A stretch of 64,000 nt of DNA from Spirochaetia bacterium (GCA_049519415.1 JBEKQU010000007.1:24061-88060); one strand, 5' to 3'. Positions 18,882 through 28,745 are shown, counted from the stretch's first letter. Made by a program: numbers and translations. The notes: generated from the letters alone by a model not told the origin.

Positions 18882-19929
18882 CAGTTTCGTAAATAGCGCA
18901 CGCGTTTTCCATCGGGGTATCGATCTCGAAAAAGTGCGTGGGCGCGACCACGCAGCCGCTCCCTCCGGAAGCCCTGACGATCCGGGCGGTCTCCCTGCGC
19001 ACATCGTCGGGGTTTCCGTGGGCAAGAACGCTCTGGAGTCCGATCATCCCGTGGAAGGTTATATGCCTGCCGAAATCCCTGAACAAACCCTCGGCATCCA
19101 TTCCTTCGGCCTCCACCTGGACCGTTTGGTAAATATCGAGGCCCATGTCGATCCACAGCGGCATATGGCGGCGGTTGGAGCCGCAGGAATGCAGCATGAC
19201 TTTCGCGCCGTACCTATGCCCGAGCTCTATGAAGGCCTTGAGCTTCGGCGCAAAGACTGACTTCCAGGAGTCGAGGCTCATAAGGGGACCGGCTTGCGTC
19301 CCATAGTCGTCCCCTATCCAGAGAATGTCGATTTTTCCCTTTGCCGTCTTCAGGCCTCGTTCGGCGACCTCCAGGAGGATCTCCTGCCGCCGCTCCATGA
19401 GCGCCAGTCCCACTGGATCCTCTGTGGCGACATCCATAAGAACCTGCTCCATGCCCCTCGCGAAAGAGGTTCCATTGATGAGGTCCATCAAGCCAGGGTG
19501 CCCGAAGACAACCACGTACTCGTCGCGGACCTTGTCGCACTGACGCTCCAATTCGGAGAAATTGAATAGATCCGGCGAGGGCCAGGGATAGGAGCTCACC
19601 TCGTCCATCGTCTCGATGCGGGCGAAAGGCCTGTATTCGACTTCATCGTAGCTTCCGAATGAGTTGACGACGGGCCTGCGGCGCACGCCCCACATGTCGG
19701 TGAAGAACCCCTTTTCGTCCTTGGGATAGGGTTTTCTGAAATCAGCGTGCGAGAGGTGCCTGAAATCGATGTCGAGCTTTCTGAGGGCCTGCTCGTAGTC
19801 CGCAACGCCGAGATGGCTTGCTATGCGCTTGGGGACCTGCCCTTCCGCGATGAAATCCATGGGCAGCCTGTCGCAGGCCTCGTGCCTCAGCGCTGATTCA
19901 AACCGCGCGCGATGATTCATGGGGCTCAT
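18865..19929 (-). CDS. URO-D / MtaA-CmuA superfamily methyltransferase-like protein, paralog 3
   Basis: N-terminal MNHRARFESALRHEACDRLPMDF and IGDDYGTQAGPLMSL ... VMLHSCGSNRRHMPLWIDMGLDIYQTVQ (H-x-C-G motif). The ATG at 19927-19929 overlaps the upstream stop. The ORF track's 140-aa N-terminal extension is read-through. Confidence 0.75.
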   Translation of the reverse strand: MSPMNHRARFESALRHEACDRLPMDFIAEGQVPKRIASHLGVADYEQALRKLDIDFRHLSHADFRKPYPKDEKGFFTDMWGVRRRPVVNSFGSYDEVEYRPFARIETMDEVSSYPWPSPDLFNFSELERQCDKVRDEYVVVFGHPGLMDLINGTSFARGMEQVLMDVATEDPVGLALMERRQEILLEVAERGLKTAKGKIDILWIGDDYGTQAGPLMSLDSWKSVFAPKLKAFIELGHRYGAKVMLHSCGSNRRHMPLWIDMGLDIYQTVQVEAEGMDAEGLFRDFGRHITFHGMIGLQSVLAHGNPDDVRRETARIVRASGGSGCVVAPTHFFEIDTPMENACAIYETVTSPP

Positions 19930-20897
19930 GGGGAACGCGCAGCTCCGAACTCCGCGAACGCCTCGAGCATGCAGTCGATATTCTCCCTCTTGCCGCCCAG
20001 CCCGAGGATGTCGGTGGGAATGAGCCCGATCAGCCCGCCTCCCCTGTTTCCCAGGCACTCGACCAGTTCCTTCACTTCGCGGCGGATATCTTCCCTGGTG
20101 CCTGAAATGCCGGTGGTCTGATAGCTCACGGGACATGCGAAGCAAATCTTCCCCGAGAAGTCCTCTCCCAGCCGGCGGATCCCGTTGATATTCGGCTGGC
20201 CAAGATTGAGGATGTCGACCCCTATTTCGATGAAATCGGGGATGATGTCGTAGATGTAGCCGCAGCAGTGAAAATACAGGTCCAGTCCGAGGGAATGAGC
20301 CAGCTCCACCTGCTGCCGATAGCGCGGCTTGAAGATCTCCCGCCACAGGGCGGGGGAAATCAGGAGACTCTCCTGGGTCCCCCAGTCATCAGCCAGGTGC
20401 ACCGCGCTGAATCCCTGGGCCGCAATGAGGGTGAAGAGTTTTTCCTCGAAGCCGAAGACGACATCGGCCAAATTCTCGACCAGCTCGCGGTCCACGTAGA
20501 GATCCTCGATCAAAGCGGAGAAGCCGCGAAGGAAGGTCATGATCGTGAAGCCCGATAGGACGAGATTTGCCTTATAATACTTATCAGGGCCGTACTGGGC
20601 CCGGGCGGTCCTCAGGTCTTCGAATCGAGTCGGATCATTGGGGTCCGGGGCCTGGTAGCGCTTCAGATCCTCGCGGCAGGCGATGATCGGGAACTTGGGC
20701 TGCCCCATGGTGAGGTCGTTTTCGAGGTGAGTCCACTCGAAACCCCATTCGGAGTGCAGCCTGTCAGGGCCGGTGTAGTTTTTCACCACCTCGACGTTCA
20801 CGATGTCCGACGTGGCCAGGTCGTAGGGATTGGAGAGCGGGATGCGCTCGGGGTTCTCGAATCGAACCGCTTTCCTGACCAGGTCCTTGCCGCTCAT
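19926..20897 (-). CDS. URO-D / MtaA-CmuA superfamily methyltransferase-like protein, paralog 4
   Basis: ADDWGTQESLLISPALWR ... LYFHCCGYIYDIIPDFIEIGVDILNLGQP (H-C-C-G variant of the zinc motif). Confidence 0.8.
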   Translation of the reverse strand: MSGKDLVRKAVRFENPERIPLSNPYDLATSDIVNVEVVKNYTGPDRLHSEWGFEWTHLENDLTMGQPKFPIIACREDLKRYQAPDPNDPTRFEDLRTARAQYGPDKYYKANLVLSGFTIMTFLRGFSALIEDLYVDRELVENLADVVFGFEEKLFTLIAAQGFSAVHLADDWGTQESLLISPALWREIFKPRYRQQVELAHSLGLDLYFHCCGYIYDIIPDFIEIGVDILNLGQPNINGIRRLGEDFSGKICFACPVSYQTTGISGTREDIRREVKELVECLGNRGGGLIGLIPTDILGLGGKRENIDCMLEAFAEFGAARSP

Positions 20898-20900
20898 TTT

Positions 20901-22100
20901 TCACCGCCCCAAGAGCGCGGCGGTCTCCCTGGCCACCACTATTTCCTCATCAGTGGGCACGACCCAGACGGGGATCTTCGAATCCTTTGCGGAGATGGGA
21001 GCTTCCTTTTTTATGGTCCGCTTGTTGATCTCCTCATCCAGGATGATGCCGAACTCCTGGAGCCCTTCCAGCACGCGGCTTCGGATATAAGGGCTGGACT
21101 CCCCGGTCCCCGCGGCGAAGGTGATGACATCCACATGCCCGAGGATGAGCATCATGCTGCCCAGGTACTTGCGCACCTGGTATACGTACGTGTCGATGGC
21201 CAGGCGAGCCCGTTCGTGGCCCCGCTCCGCCGCTGTCTGGAGATCCCTCATGTCGAAGCCCATGCCGGAGATCGATGCGATTCCCGCCTGGCTCATCATC
21301 CTGTCCACGATCTCCTTTGGCGTCCCTTCGCCTTTGGACCAGAGGTAGGGAATGAGAAAACCGTCCATGTCCGAGCTTCTCACCGACATGGGAACGCCGG
21401 TATTCATTGTAAAGCCCGCTGTCCCGTCGATCGTTTTTCCTCCGCGGATGGCGACCACCGATGAGCTTCCCCCGAGGTGGAGCTGGACCGCATTGAACTC
21501 TCGGGCGTCCTTGCCGAGTATCTGCGCCATGCGGCCGTTCACGAAAAAATGGCTTGCCCCGTGTCCCATACTGCGCCGCACATCGTACTTCTGCGTCCAG
21601 TCCCAGGGGATCGGATAGATGCGCGCGTACTCGGGCCATCCCTGGAAAAAGAAGGTCTCGAAGAGGCCGATCAGCGGTTTGCCCGGCGCCGCCGTCCTGA
21701 AGGCCCGCACCGCGTCCACGACGAGCCGGTTGTGCATGGGGCAGATGTAGTCCGCGAACTCTTCCATGCCGGCGAGGACTTCGTCCGTCATTTCCCGGCA
21801 GCCCGTGATCCCCTTGGCGCAGACCGGCTTGAATCCCACCGCGTCCAGCGCGGCCAGGTCGCGGAGAGCTCCATCGGCTTTTTCCGTGAGCTTCCGCAGG
21901 GATACGTCAATGGCCTCCGAGGAGTTTCTCACGGGGAGGGTCTGTTCCTTTGATGCGCCGTCGCGGTTCGTCCAGGCCACGTGAGCGTCGGTTTCTCCGA
22001 CCCTCTCGACGAGGACCCTGGCAAGGGTGTTCTCCGAAGGCATCTCAATGAGCCTGCACTTCAGGGTGGAGCTTCCGACGTTGGCCACGAGTATCTTCAT
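20901..22100 (-). CDS. ackA: Acetate/propionate kinase family (acetate kinase)
   Basis: MKILVANVGSSTLKCRL N-terminus. AGGTGG RBS precedes the ATG at 22100. About 400 aa. Confidence 0.85.
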   Translation of the reverse strand: MKILVANVGSSTLKCRLIEMPSENTLARVLVERVGETDAHVAWTNRDGASKEQTLPVRNSSEAIDVSLRKLTEKADGALRDLAALDAVGFKPVCAKGITGCREMTDEVLAGMEEFADYICPMHNRLVVDAVRAFRTAAPGKPLIGLFETFFFQGWPEYARIYPIPWDWTQKYDVRRSMGHGASHFFVNGRMAQILGKDAREFNAVQLHLGGSSSVVAIRGGKTIDGTAGFTMNTGVPMSVRSSDMDGFLIPYLWSKGEGTPKEIVDRMMSQAGIASISGMGFDMRDLQTAAERGHERARLAIDTYVYQVRKYLGSMMLILGHVDVITFAAGTGESSPYIRSRVLEGLQEFGIILDEEINKRTIKKEAPISAKDSKIPVWVVPTDEEIVVARETAALLGR

Positions 22101-23113
22101 TTTTCCACCTGTGCGGCCGTGAAGGCGATGTTGATGAGGCACTCTTCCACCGTCGCGCCGCGGGAATGATCGGTAACAAGGCCCTGGATTCCCAGGAAGG
22201 TGGCGCCGGCAAGATGCCCGTTGCCCATGAGCATCATGCCCTTGCCCGCCATGTTGCCGCTCTGAAGGTCGGGCCAGATGAGGACATTCGCTTTTCCCGC
22301 CACTGCTGAGGGCCGTTTCACCTTTTTGGCCGCGACGTAGGGGGATATCGCGGCGTCGAGCTGGAACTCGCCGTCGATAAGGATGTCGGGTCTCCGCGTC
22401 CTGACCATGTCGAGGGCGCGCACCACCCGGTCGACTTCCTCATGCCGGGCCGAGCCAAGAGTGGAGAAGGAGAGCATTGCAACGCGCGGATTGTCGGGCA
22501 TGATGGTCTTCGCCTTGTCCGCCGCGAGAATCGCGATGTCGGCAAGCTCCTCCGAGCTGGGCCGGGGGAGAATCGTTCCGTCAGCGCAGGCGAAGACCAG
22601 ATTGTCCCCGAGCGGCGTTGAGGTGAAGAGGATGACGGCGAGGGCCGTCATCTTTGTGAACCCTTTCTTCATTCCCAAGATCCGGATGGCAGGCCGCGCG
22701 AGATCCGCCGTGGAATAGTGGACGCCCGAGCAGACCCCGTCGATCTCCCCCCGCTTATGGAGCATGCAGGAGAAGGCCGCTGGATCACGGACGATGCCTT
22801 CGATCTCCTTCCTGCTGAGCCCCTCCTTTGCGCGGAGCGCGGCGTACTCATCGACCATTGAATCCAATCCGCTGTATTTTTCAGGGTCGATGATCCTGAT
22901 TTCGCCCAACTCGCATCCCTCCCGGACCGCGATGGCGCGTATCGCGTCCCGGGAGCCGGTCAGGATGGGGTCCAGCCATCCCTGCCGGCGCACTTCAAGG
23001 GCCGCCGCGAGGTATCGCGCGTCGAACGGGGCGTCGGGTATGGCAATCTTCGCCTTGCTCGACGATGCCCGTTCGATGAGAAACCGGACGTAGGGATGCT
23101 CGAGGGCGCCCAT
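22097..23113 (-). CDS. pta: Phosphate acetyltransferase / phosphate butyryltransferase (short-form Pta)
   Basis: 338 aa, with the Pta/Ptb fold motifs (..MLSFST.GS...). Start overlaps the ackA-upstream arrangement (ATGA coupling). Confidence 0.8.
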   Translation of the reverse strand: MGALEHPYVRFLIERASSSKAKIAIPDAPFDARYLAAALEVRRQGWLDPILTGSRDAIRAIAVREGCELGEIRIIDPEKYSGLDSMVDEYAALRAKEGLSRKEIEGIVRDPAAFSCMLHKRGEIDGVCSGVHYSTADLARPAIRILGMKKGFTKMTALAVILFTSTPLGDNLVFACADGTILPRPSSEELADIAILAADKAKTIMPDNPRVAMLSFSTLGSARHEEVDRVVRALDMVRTRRPDILIDGEFQLDAAISPYVAAKKVKRPSAVAGKANVLIWPDLQSGNMAGKGMMLMGNGHLAGATFLGIQGLVTDHSRGATVEECLINIAFTAAQVEK

Positions 23114-23118
23114 CGCGC

Positions 23119-24354
23119 TTATGTGCCGGATACTGAGTCCACGAATCTCCTGAATTCGTCCACCGTGACGAGCCGCTTCTCCCGGATCGCCAGATCCTTG
23201 ACCATTTCGAGCACCTGTTCCTGCTTCTCCTTGTCCAGCGTGCGTCCGATCTCCCTGAGGAACCGCTCGATGCTGTAGGTGCCGCTCTTCTTGCCCAGCG
23301 CGAAGCGCCAGCCGGGCTGGCCGACGAGCTCGGGCTGAATGGAGGCGGCAATGAAGGGATCACCGGCTTTTGCCGCGTTCTCGAAGAACATGACCCCAAT
23401 GCCCGATTCCACTATGAAAACGTCGCGACCGACGATCGGCCGGTTGGGGGGAAGCGGATGGTCGTTGGTGAGCTTGCAGATGAATTTGCTCGTCTCCACG
23501 AATTTTTCCGTCTTGACGTGCGTTTCTACGCCATAGAGGCACTTGAGCGAGAGCACGACGTCCTCCAGCGGTGTGTTGCCCGCGCCCTCGCCGATGCCCG
23601 ATACCGCGACGTGCGCGACGTCGGCTCCCGCCGCGATGGCCGCGAGGGTGTTCGCCGCTCCAAGTCCGAAGTGCATGTGCATATGCGCCTCTATCGGGGT
23701 GGTCGGGAAGCGCTTCTTCACTTTCGTCACCATCTGGAAGACGGATTGCGGATGCACGCACCCGAAGGTGTCGGCCATGACAAAGGCGTCCATCTTGCCG
23801 CCCTGCCGAATTTCGTCAACGGTGTCCAGAAGGCTGTTGATCTCCGTGCGCGTGCCGTCAATGGTGAAGAAGGAGACGTACATGCCATACTCTTTCGCCG
23901 CTATGGTTGCCTCGATCGCCGCCTTCTTGACCCAATCCATGGTCTTGCCGTAGGCCCGTTCAACGAAGATCGGGTTGCAGGCTATCTCGAGCACGGCGCC
24001 TTTGCAGCCGGCCTTTTTCGCCATCTCGATGTCCGAGCGTATGCAGCGGCAGAAGGCGAAAATCTCCGGGCCGAGGTTGAGGTCGACGATCGCCTTCACG
24101 GCGTCGGCATCCCCCTGCGACACGGCCGGCATCCCCGCCTCGATCCTGTCCACCCCGAGCTCGGCCAGCTTCTTGGCGATCGCGACCTTGTCATCGCGGC
24201 TGAAGACGACGCCGGTCTGCTGCTCGCCCTCGCGGAGGGTGACGTCGTGTATCTTGACCTTGGGGTTGATCCTGAAGGGCTTCGTGACCTCCGGGTAGAA
24301 ATCCCACGGGCTCACGTACCACTGCTCTTTCCTGAACTTCGAATACTCGATCAT
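23119..24354 (-). CDS. DRE-TIM metallolyase (HMGL-like pyruvate carboxyltransferase domain; 4-hydroxy-2-oxoacid aldolase / homocitrate-synthase-like)
   Basis: IHDVTLREGEQ and H-x-H (AHMHMHFGLG) metal-binding motifs of the HMGL-like family. 411 aa. Confidence 0.7.
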   Translation of the reverse strand: MIEYSKFRKEQWYVSPWDFYPEVTKPFRINPKVKIHDVTLREGEQQTGVVFSRDDKVAIAKKLAELGVDRIEAGMPAVSQGDADAVKAIVDLNLGPEIFAFCRCIRSDIEMAKKAGCKGAVLEIACNPIFVERAYGKTMDWVKKAAIEATIAAKEYGMYVSFFTIDGTRTEINSLLDTVDEIRQGGKMDAFVMADTFGCVHPQSVFQMVTKVKKRFPTTPIEAHMHMHFGLGAANTLAAIAAGADVAHVAVSGIGEGAGNTPLEDVVLSLKCLYGVETHVKTEKFVETSKFICKLTNDHPLPPNRPIVGRDVFIVESGIGVMFFENAAKAGDPFIAASIQPELVGQPGWRFALGKKSGTYSIERFLREIGRTLDKEKQEQVLEMVKDLAIREKRLVTVDEFRRFVDSVSGT

Positions 24355-24457
24355 CTCCTCCTCCTTGCTTCGGTCCGGGAGCTCCGGCCGCGTTTTTTTC
24401 GCGTTCGGTATATCATCCGATCATGCCGATCCGCAACGCCAGGACTTCAAAACTCTT

Positions 24458-25948
24458 TTATTTTGTCACTCGTGGTGATGAAGCGCGGCGCGCCTGCCCG
24501 CCGCTCATGTAGACCGCTTTTCGATTGACAAAAAACTCCAGCCCTGAGACGTCATTCTCGGGAAGCCCGAAGCCGGATTCCTTCCAGCCGCCGAAGGGAA
24601 GGGACGGGTCCTTGATGCCGGTATTGATGTTCACGTGCGCCAGCCCTGCCTCGATGCCGTCGACGTAGGCGAGGGCCGCGGTGAGATCTCGGGTGAAAAT
24701 CGCGGAGGAAAGTCCGTACGATGAATCATTGGCAAGGCGCAGCGCATCCTCGAGGCTGGAGAAGGGAGTCACGGCCAGGACGGGGCCAAATACCTCCTCG
24801 CGGAAAAGTGACATCGCGGGGGTCACGTCAGCGAACAGGGTCGGGCGGATGAAGTAGCCGTCGGGCAGGTCCGCGGAGCCGCCGCCCGCTGCCTTCACGG
24901 TAAGGCGCCGTGCACCCTGGCTTTCCGCAAGAGCGATCGCCTCCATGATCCTTCCGTATTGGGCCGGCCCCGCAACGGGCCCCATGTCGGTTGATTCGTT
25001 CAGCGGGTCGCCCACCTTCATGGCATCGCAGCGAGCGCGGAGCGAATCGAGGAAACGATCGTAGACGGCGGCGTGCACGAGGATGCGGCTCGTCGATGTG
25101 CACCACTGGCCCGAGCAGGCAAAGCCCGCCACCATGGCCGCGGCGCCCGCCGCCTCCAGATCCGCGTCATCCATCACGATGAGCGCGTTCTTTCCGCCCA
25201 GCTCAAGCTGCGTGCGAACGAGGCGGGCGCCGGCTTTGCGCTGAATCGACCTGCCGACCTCCGTGGACCCCGTGAAGGTGATGGCCTTTACCCGTGGGTC
25301 CTCCACCAGAGCGTCTCCCAATGCCGCGCCCGACCCCGTCACGGAGTTGAAAACGCCGGGCGGGAACCCCGCCTGGAGGAAAAGCTCAGCCAGAAAGATG
25401 CCCGACCACGGGGTGAAGCTTGCAGGCTTGAAGACCACGGTATTGCCGGTAAGGAGGGCGGGGAGCGCCTTGCGGCAAACTACGTTCACGGGAAAATTCC
25501 AGGGGCATATCACTGCCGCGACGCCGAGCGCATGGTACTGAACCCAACCTGTCATGCCCCGGGTTCCCGTGGGCAGCGTATGGCCGAAAAAGCGCGAGAC
25601 CTGCTGCTGGTGATACGTACCCTCGGCCAGGGCGGAGCTCACCTCGGTGCTCGCTTCACGAAATGTCTTTCCGTTCTCCAGCGCAACAATCCGCGCGAGC
25701 TCCTCGCCGCGTATTGCCAGCAGCGCCAGAAACCGTCCCACCGCGTCTTGCCGGTCGCGCACCGGTGTTTCGCGCCATGCCGGGAAGGCGGCCTGCGCGG
25801 CGTCGACCGCAAAGGCAATGTCAGACGGATCGGATGCCTGAAACAGTCCGAGCACGGAGCCTTTGAGGGAAGGATTCTCGTCCTCGAACGTCCTCCCCGT
25901 CCGGCTCGCCGCCCAATTCCCTCCAATGAGGTTGCGATGAGTTTCCAC
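24458..25948 (-). CDS. NAD(P)-dependent aldehyde dehydrogenase
   Basis: NLIGGNW N-terminus, catalytic Cys region (GFACSGQWCTSTSR) and GGWKESGFG motif. 496 aa. Confidence 0.85.
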   Translation of the reverse strand: METHRNLIGGNWAASRTGRTFEDENPSLKGSVLGLFQASDPSDIAFAVDAAQAAFPAWRETPVRDRQDAVGRFLALLAIRGEELARIVALENGKTFREASTEVSSALAEGTYHQQQVSRFFGHTLPTGTRGMTGWVQYHALGVAAVICPWNFPVNVVCRKALPALLTGNTVVFKPASFTPWSGIFLAELFLQAGFPPGVFNSVTGSGAALGDALVEDPRVKAITFTGSTEVGRSIQRKAGARLVRTQLELGGKNALIVMDDADLEAAGAAAMVAGFACSGQWCTSTSRILVHAAVYDRFLDSLRARCDAMKVGDPLNESTDMGPVAGPAQYGRIMEAIALAESQGARRLTVKAAGGGSADLPDGYFIRPTLFADVTPAMSLFREEVFGPVLAVTPFSSLEDALRLANDSSYGLSSAIFTRDLTAALAYVDGIEAGLAHVNINTGIKDPSLPFGGWKESGFGLPENDVSGLEFFVNRKAVYMSGGQARRASSPRVTK

Positions 25949-25972
25949 TGTGCCGCCCTTCCTGATGACGCC

Positions 25973-26746
25973 TCACGAACTGTGGAGAAAGCACCCGCCC
26001 TGGGTCATCAGGACCACGCGGGTTGCGGGGGATACGCGTGCGCACTCGGCTACGAATGCCGCGGGATCTCCGCCATGCTGTATGAATGTCCAGAAGTGGC
26101 ACGGGATGACCACGGCAGCTCCCACGTCGCGCGTGAGGGCCGCCGCATCCCCGGCTCCCATGTTTCCGTAAGCGCCGTTGATGGCAGGGATGATCACCTG
26201 GGGTTTCAGCGACGCCACCTCAGCCATCCTGGCGGGACGGTACGCGGTATCTCCGGTGAAATAAACCCGTAGAAAGCCGAAGTCCAGAACAAATCCGACC
26301 GCGTCGGGGGCCAGATCCCCATGGTCGGCGTACACGGCGCGCACCGTGACAAACCCCAGCTCCGCCTCGCGCCCCTCCCGCACCTCGGTGATGCGTCCCT
26401 TGTTGATCCCCAGGCCAAGAAGCCTCCTGACGGTCTCCGCGGGCGCAACGAAATGCGCCCTGGTTTTCTTCGCGATAACGGGAATGGCGTCGATGTCAAG
26501 GTGATCCTCATGGTGATGGGTGAGGAGCACCGCATCGGCGCGAACCTCGGCGGGCGAGACGACTCCCGCCATGATGCGCTTGAAACCCGCGAGCCGCTCC
26601 ACGCTGTCCGTGAGGTAGGGGTCCACGTATGCGATTTTCCCGTCAGGGGTCTTGAAAACGAAACCCGCCTGACCCAGCCAGAAGATGCCGACGCTCCGCG
26701 CCGGCACCGAGAGGCGCTGAATGGATTTCGCGACGTCGGTGGTCAA
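25973..26746 (-). CDS. MBL-fold metallo-hydrolase (UlaG-like lactonase/hydrolase)
   Basis: HHHEDHLD (H-x-H-x-D-H) motif. 257 aa. Confidence 0.7.
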   Translation of the reverse strand: MTTDVAKSIQRLSVPARSVGIFWLGQAGFVFKTPDGKIAYVDPYLTDSVERLAGFKRIMAGVVSPAEVRADAVLLTHHHEDHLDIDAIPVIAKKTRAHFVAPAETVRRLLGLGINKGRITEVREGREAELGFVTVRAVYADHGDLAPDAVGFVLDFGFLRVYFTGDTAYRPARMAEVASLKPQVIIPAINGAYGNMGAGDAAALTRDVGAAVVIPCHFWTFIQHGGDPAAFVAECARVSPATRVVLMTQGGCFLHSS

Positions 26747-27417
26747 GAAACTTCTATCTCCTTCGGGTGGGTTTCCTGGTAGGTCTCAATAAGGTGGGCG
26801 TACGCGGTGTCCAAATGCTCCTGGAGGATGCTCGTGCATCTCTCGGCGTCTCGCCTGTGAAGTGCGTCCAGAAACTCCTTGTGCGTGGCATTGGCTACCC
26901 GAAAGTTTTCTATGGCAAACGCATTTCTCGAATAGATGAGAAACCAGATCTGCGTCTTGATGCTCTGCCACAGGGAAAGGAGACGGTTATGCCCGGAGAT
27001 TTTCACAAACTCCTCATGAAACCGCAGATCGAGATCCACCGCCTCGTGCAGCGAGAACTCGTGATTCATGCATTCATCAAGCGCTTCGATCCCCTCCTGG
27101 AGCCGCGCAAAATCGATGACCCGCGCTCTCTCCATGACATAGCGCAGGGCCAGCAGTTCGAGGGCCAGACGGAGGCTATGGACTTCCTCCACATCGTTCA
27201 CCGTCATGCTGACGACGGTGGCGCTGCGGTTGGGCTCCCGGACGATGAGCCCCTCGTGCTCAAGCTGGTTGAGCGCGTCGCGCACCGGACCGCGGCTGGT
27301 TTTCATCATGGCCGAGATCGCTTGTTCGAGTATCCTTTCCCCTGGCTTGATGTTGCCGGTGAGGATTTCCAGACGGAGTTTTCTCACGACCTCGTCGGCC
27401 AGAGAGCTCCTTTCCAC
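26743..27417 (-). CDS. GntR-family transcriptional regulator, FadR/FCD subfamily
   Basis: N-terminal wHTH (ERILEQAISAMMKTSRGPVRDALNQLEHEGLI) plus a C-terminal all-helical FCD domain. 224 aa. Translationally coupled within the long minus-strand operon. Confidence 0.8.
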   Translation of the reverse strand: MERSSLADEVVRKLRLEILTGNIKPGERILEQAISAMMKTSRGPVRDALNQLEHEGLIVREPNRSATVVSMTVNDVEEVHSLRLALELLALRYVMERARVIDFARLQEGIEALDECMNHEFSLHEAVDLDLRFHEEFVKISGHNRLLSLWQSIKTQIWFLIYSRNAFAIENFRVANATHKEFLDALHRRDAERCTSILQEHLDTAYAHLIETYQETHPKEIEVS

Positions 27418-27479
27418 TGGTGTGAGCAGGGACGGTTTTGCGCGGACTCTTATGGAGCTATTGATAATGCCCCCCTCTC

Positions 27480-28577
27480 TCAGCGTGCGGTTCCGCTTCG
27501 CTTTACGTCATCGCCCATAAAAAGCCCCTCGATGTCAAGCGAATAATCCTCCGCGAGGCCCCGCAGGCTGGTGAGCACGTCGGGAGGCAGGGACACGCCC
27601 TCTTTCAGCGCCCTTTCCCTGTTCTCCCACTCCCTCTCTCCCGGCAGATAGATGCGATCCGCGCCCCGCGCTTTCGGCGCGCCCCGTATTTCCAGGATCA
27701 ACTGGTCCATCCGGTTCCCGAACTCCTCCGCGGAAAGGAAGATGCCGACGTCGATTGCGATGAATGAGAGGGATTGGTTTACGGGCTCCCCCCCCATGAC
27801 CCAGCTCACCAAGCCCTTTCCGAAGGCGCCTCCTGCTAGAATACCGGTGAGGATCTCGATCATCAGGGCAATGCCGTATCCTTTGTGTCCCGCCATGGGC
27901 AGGAGGGCCCCGACCCGCGGATAGCCGCTGGGGTCCGTTGTGGGAAGACCCTCCTCGTCGATGAGCCAGCCCTCCGGAATTTTCTTGCCTGCGGCCTGCG
28001 CGGCATAGACCTTGCCGGCCGCGACGACGCTGGTGGCGATATCGAGAAAAACGGTTTTTTCATTTCGGGCCGGAGCCGCGTACGCTATCGGGTTGGTCCC
28101 CAGGACCGGGACCTTCGAGCCGGGCACGGCAACGCCCGCGTCCACGTTGCACATGCTGATGCCGAACATTTTCTCCCGCGCCGCCATATTCGCGTAATAA
28201 CCCGCGGCGCCGTAATGACCGCTATTCCTCACCGCGACGTATGCGATCCCGGTGCTCCGCGCCTTTTCAATGGCCTTGCGCATGGCAATGGCGGCGCTTA
28301 CCATGGGCATGGATCTGTGGCCGTCGAAGATCGCCCACGAAGGGCCTTCGGAGAGAAGCTCCGACGACGCGTGGAGGTCCATCTTTCCGTCGCGGAAGTT
28401 CTTCATGAGCGGCCGCAGCTGCTTGGTTCCATGGGTGTGAACGCCCCAGGTATCCGTTGTCACAAGGACATCGGCGGCAATCCTGGCGTCCCCCTCCGAC
28501 ATGCCGGCCTTTCTCATGGCCTGCACGCAGAATCCTTCAAGAGCGCTCACGCGCACTTTTGCATGGACATCTGCCAT
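27480..28577 (-). CDS. Ldh_2-family (malate/L-lactate dehydrogenase 2, YiaK / ureidoglycolate-dehydrogenase-like) NAD(P)H-dependent 2-keto-acid reductase
   Basis: 365 aa with family-typical GHKG and H-x-G motifs (GHKGYGIALMIEIL). Confidence 0.75.
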   Translation of the reverse strand: MADVHAKVRVSALEGFCVQAMRKAGMSEGDARIAADVLVTTDTWGVHTHGTKQLRPLMKNFRDGKMDLHASSELLSEGPSWAIFDGHRSMPMVSAAIAMRKAIEKARSTGIAYVAVRNSGHYGAAGYYANMAAREKMFGISMCNVDAGVAVPGSKVPVLGTNPIAYAAPARNEKTVFLDIATSVVAAGKVYAAQAAGKKIPEGWLIDEEGLPTTDPSGYPRVGALLPMAGHKGYGIALMIEILTGILAGGAFGKGLVSWVMGGEPVNQSLSFIAIDVGIFLSAEEFGNRMDQLILEIRGAPKARGADRIYLPGEREWENRERALKEGVSLPPDVLTSLRGLAEDYSLDIEGLFMGDDVKRSGTAR

Positions 28578-28717
28578 TCAAGCGGCTCCCCGCAGGATCA
28601 CAGGCGACACCATCGGACTTCCTCTCCAGCGCTCGGGAAAACGCGGCCCTCGTATCGCGATAAAAGCATACAATGAGTACGCCATCAACCCTACGAATGT
28701 CAAACGCGCTTATGGCG

Positions 28718-28745
28718 ACTCTTTAGAAATGACCCTTGCCCGGTA
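28718..28745. repeat. 26-nt motif, copy A: GACTCTTTAGAAATGACCCTTGCCCGG (minus-strand read CATTTCTAAAGAGT), 130 nt upstream of the first gene of the long minus-strand operon
   Basis: Near-identical to 48453..48480 (ACTCTTTAGAAATG then NCCCTNG..CCCGG). Both are followed 20-37 nt later, on the minus strand, by TTCGTAGG. Confidence 0.5.
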
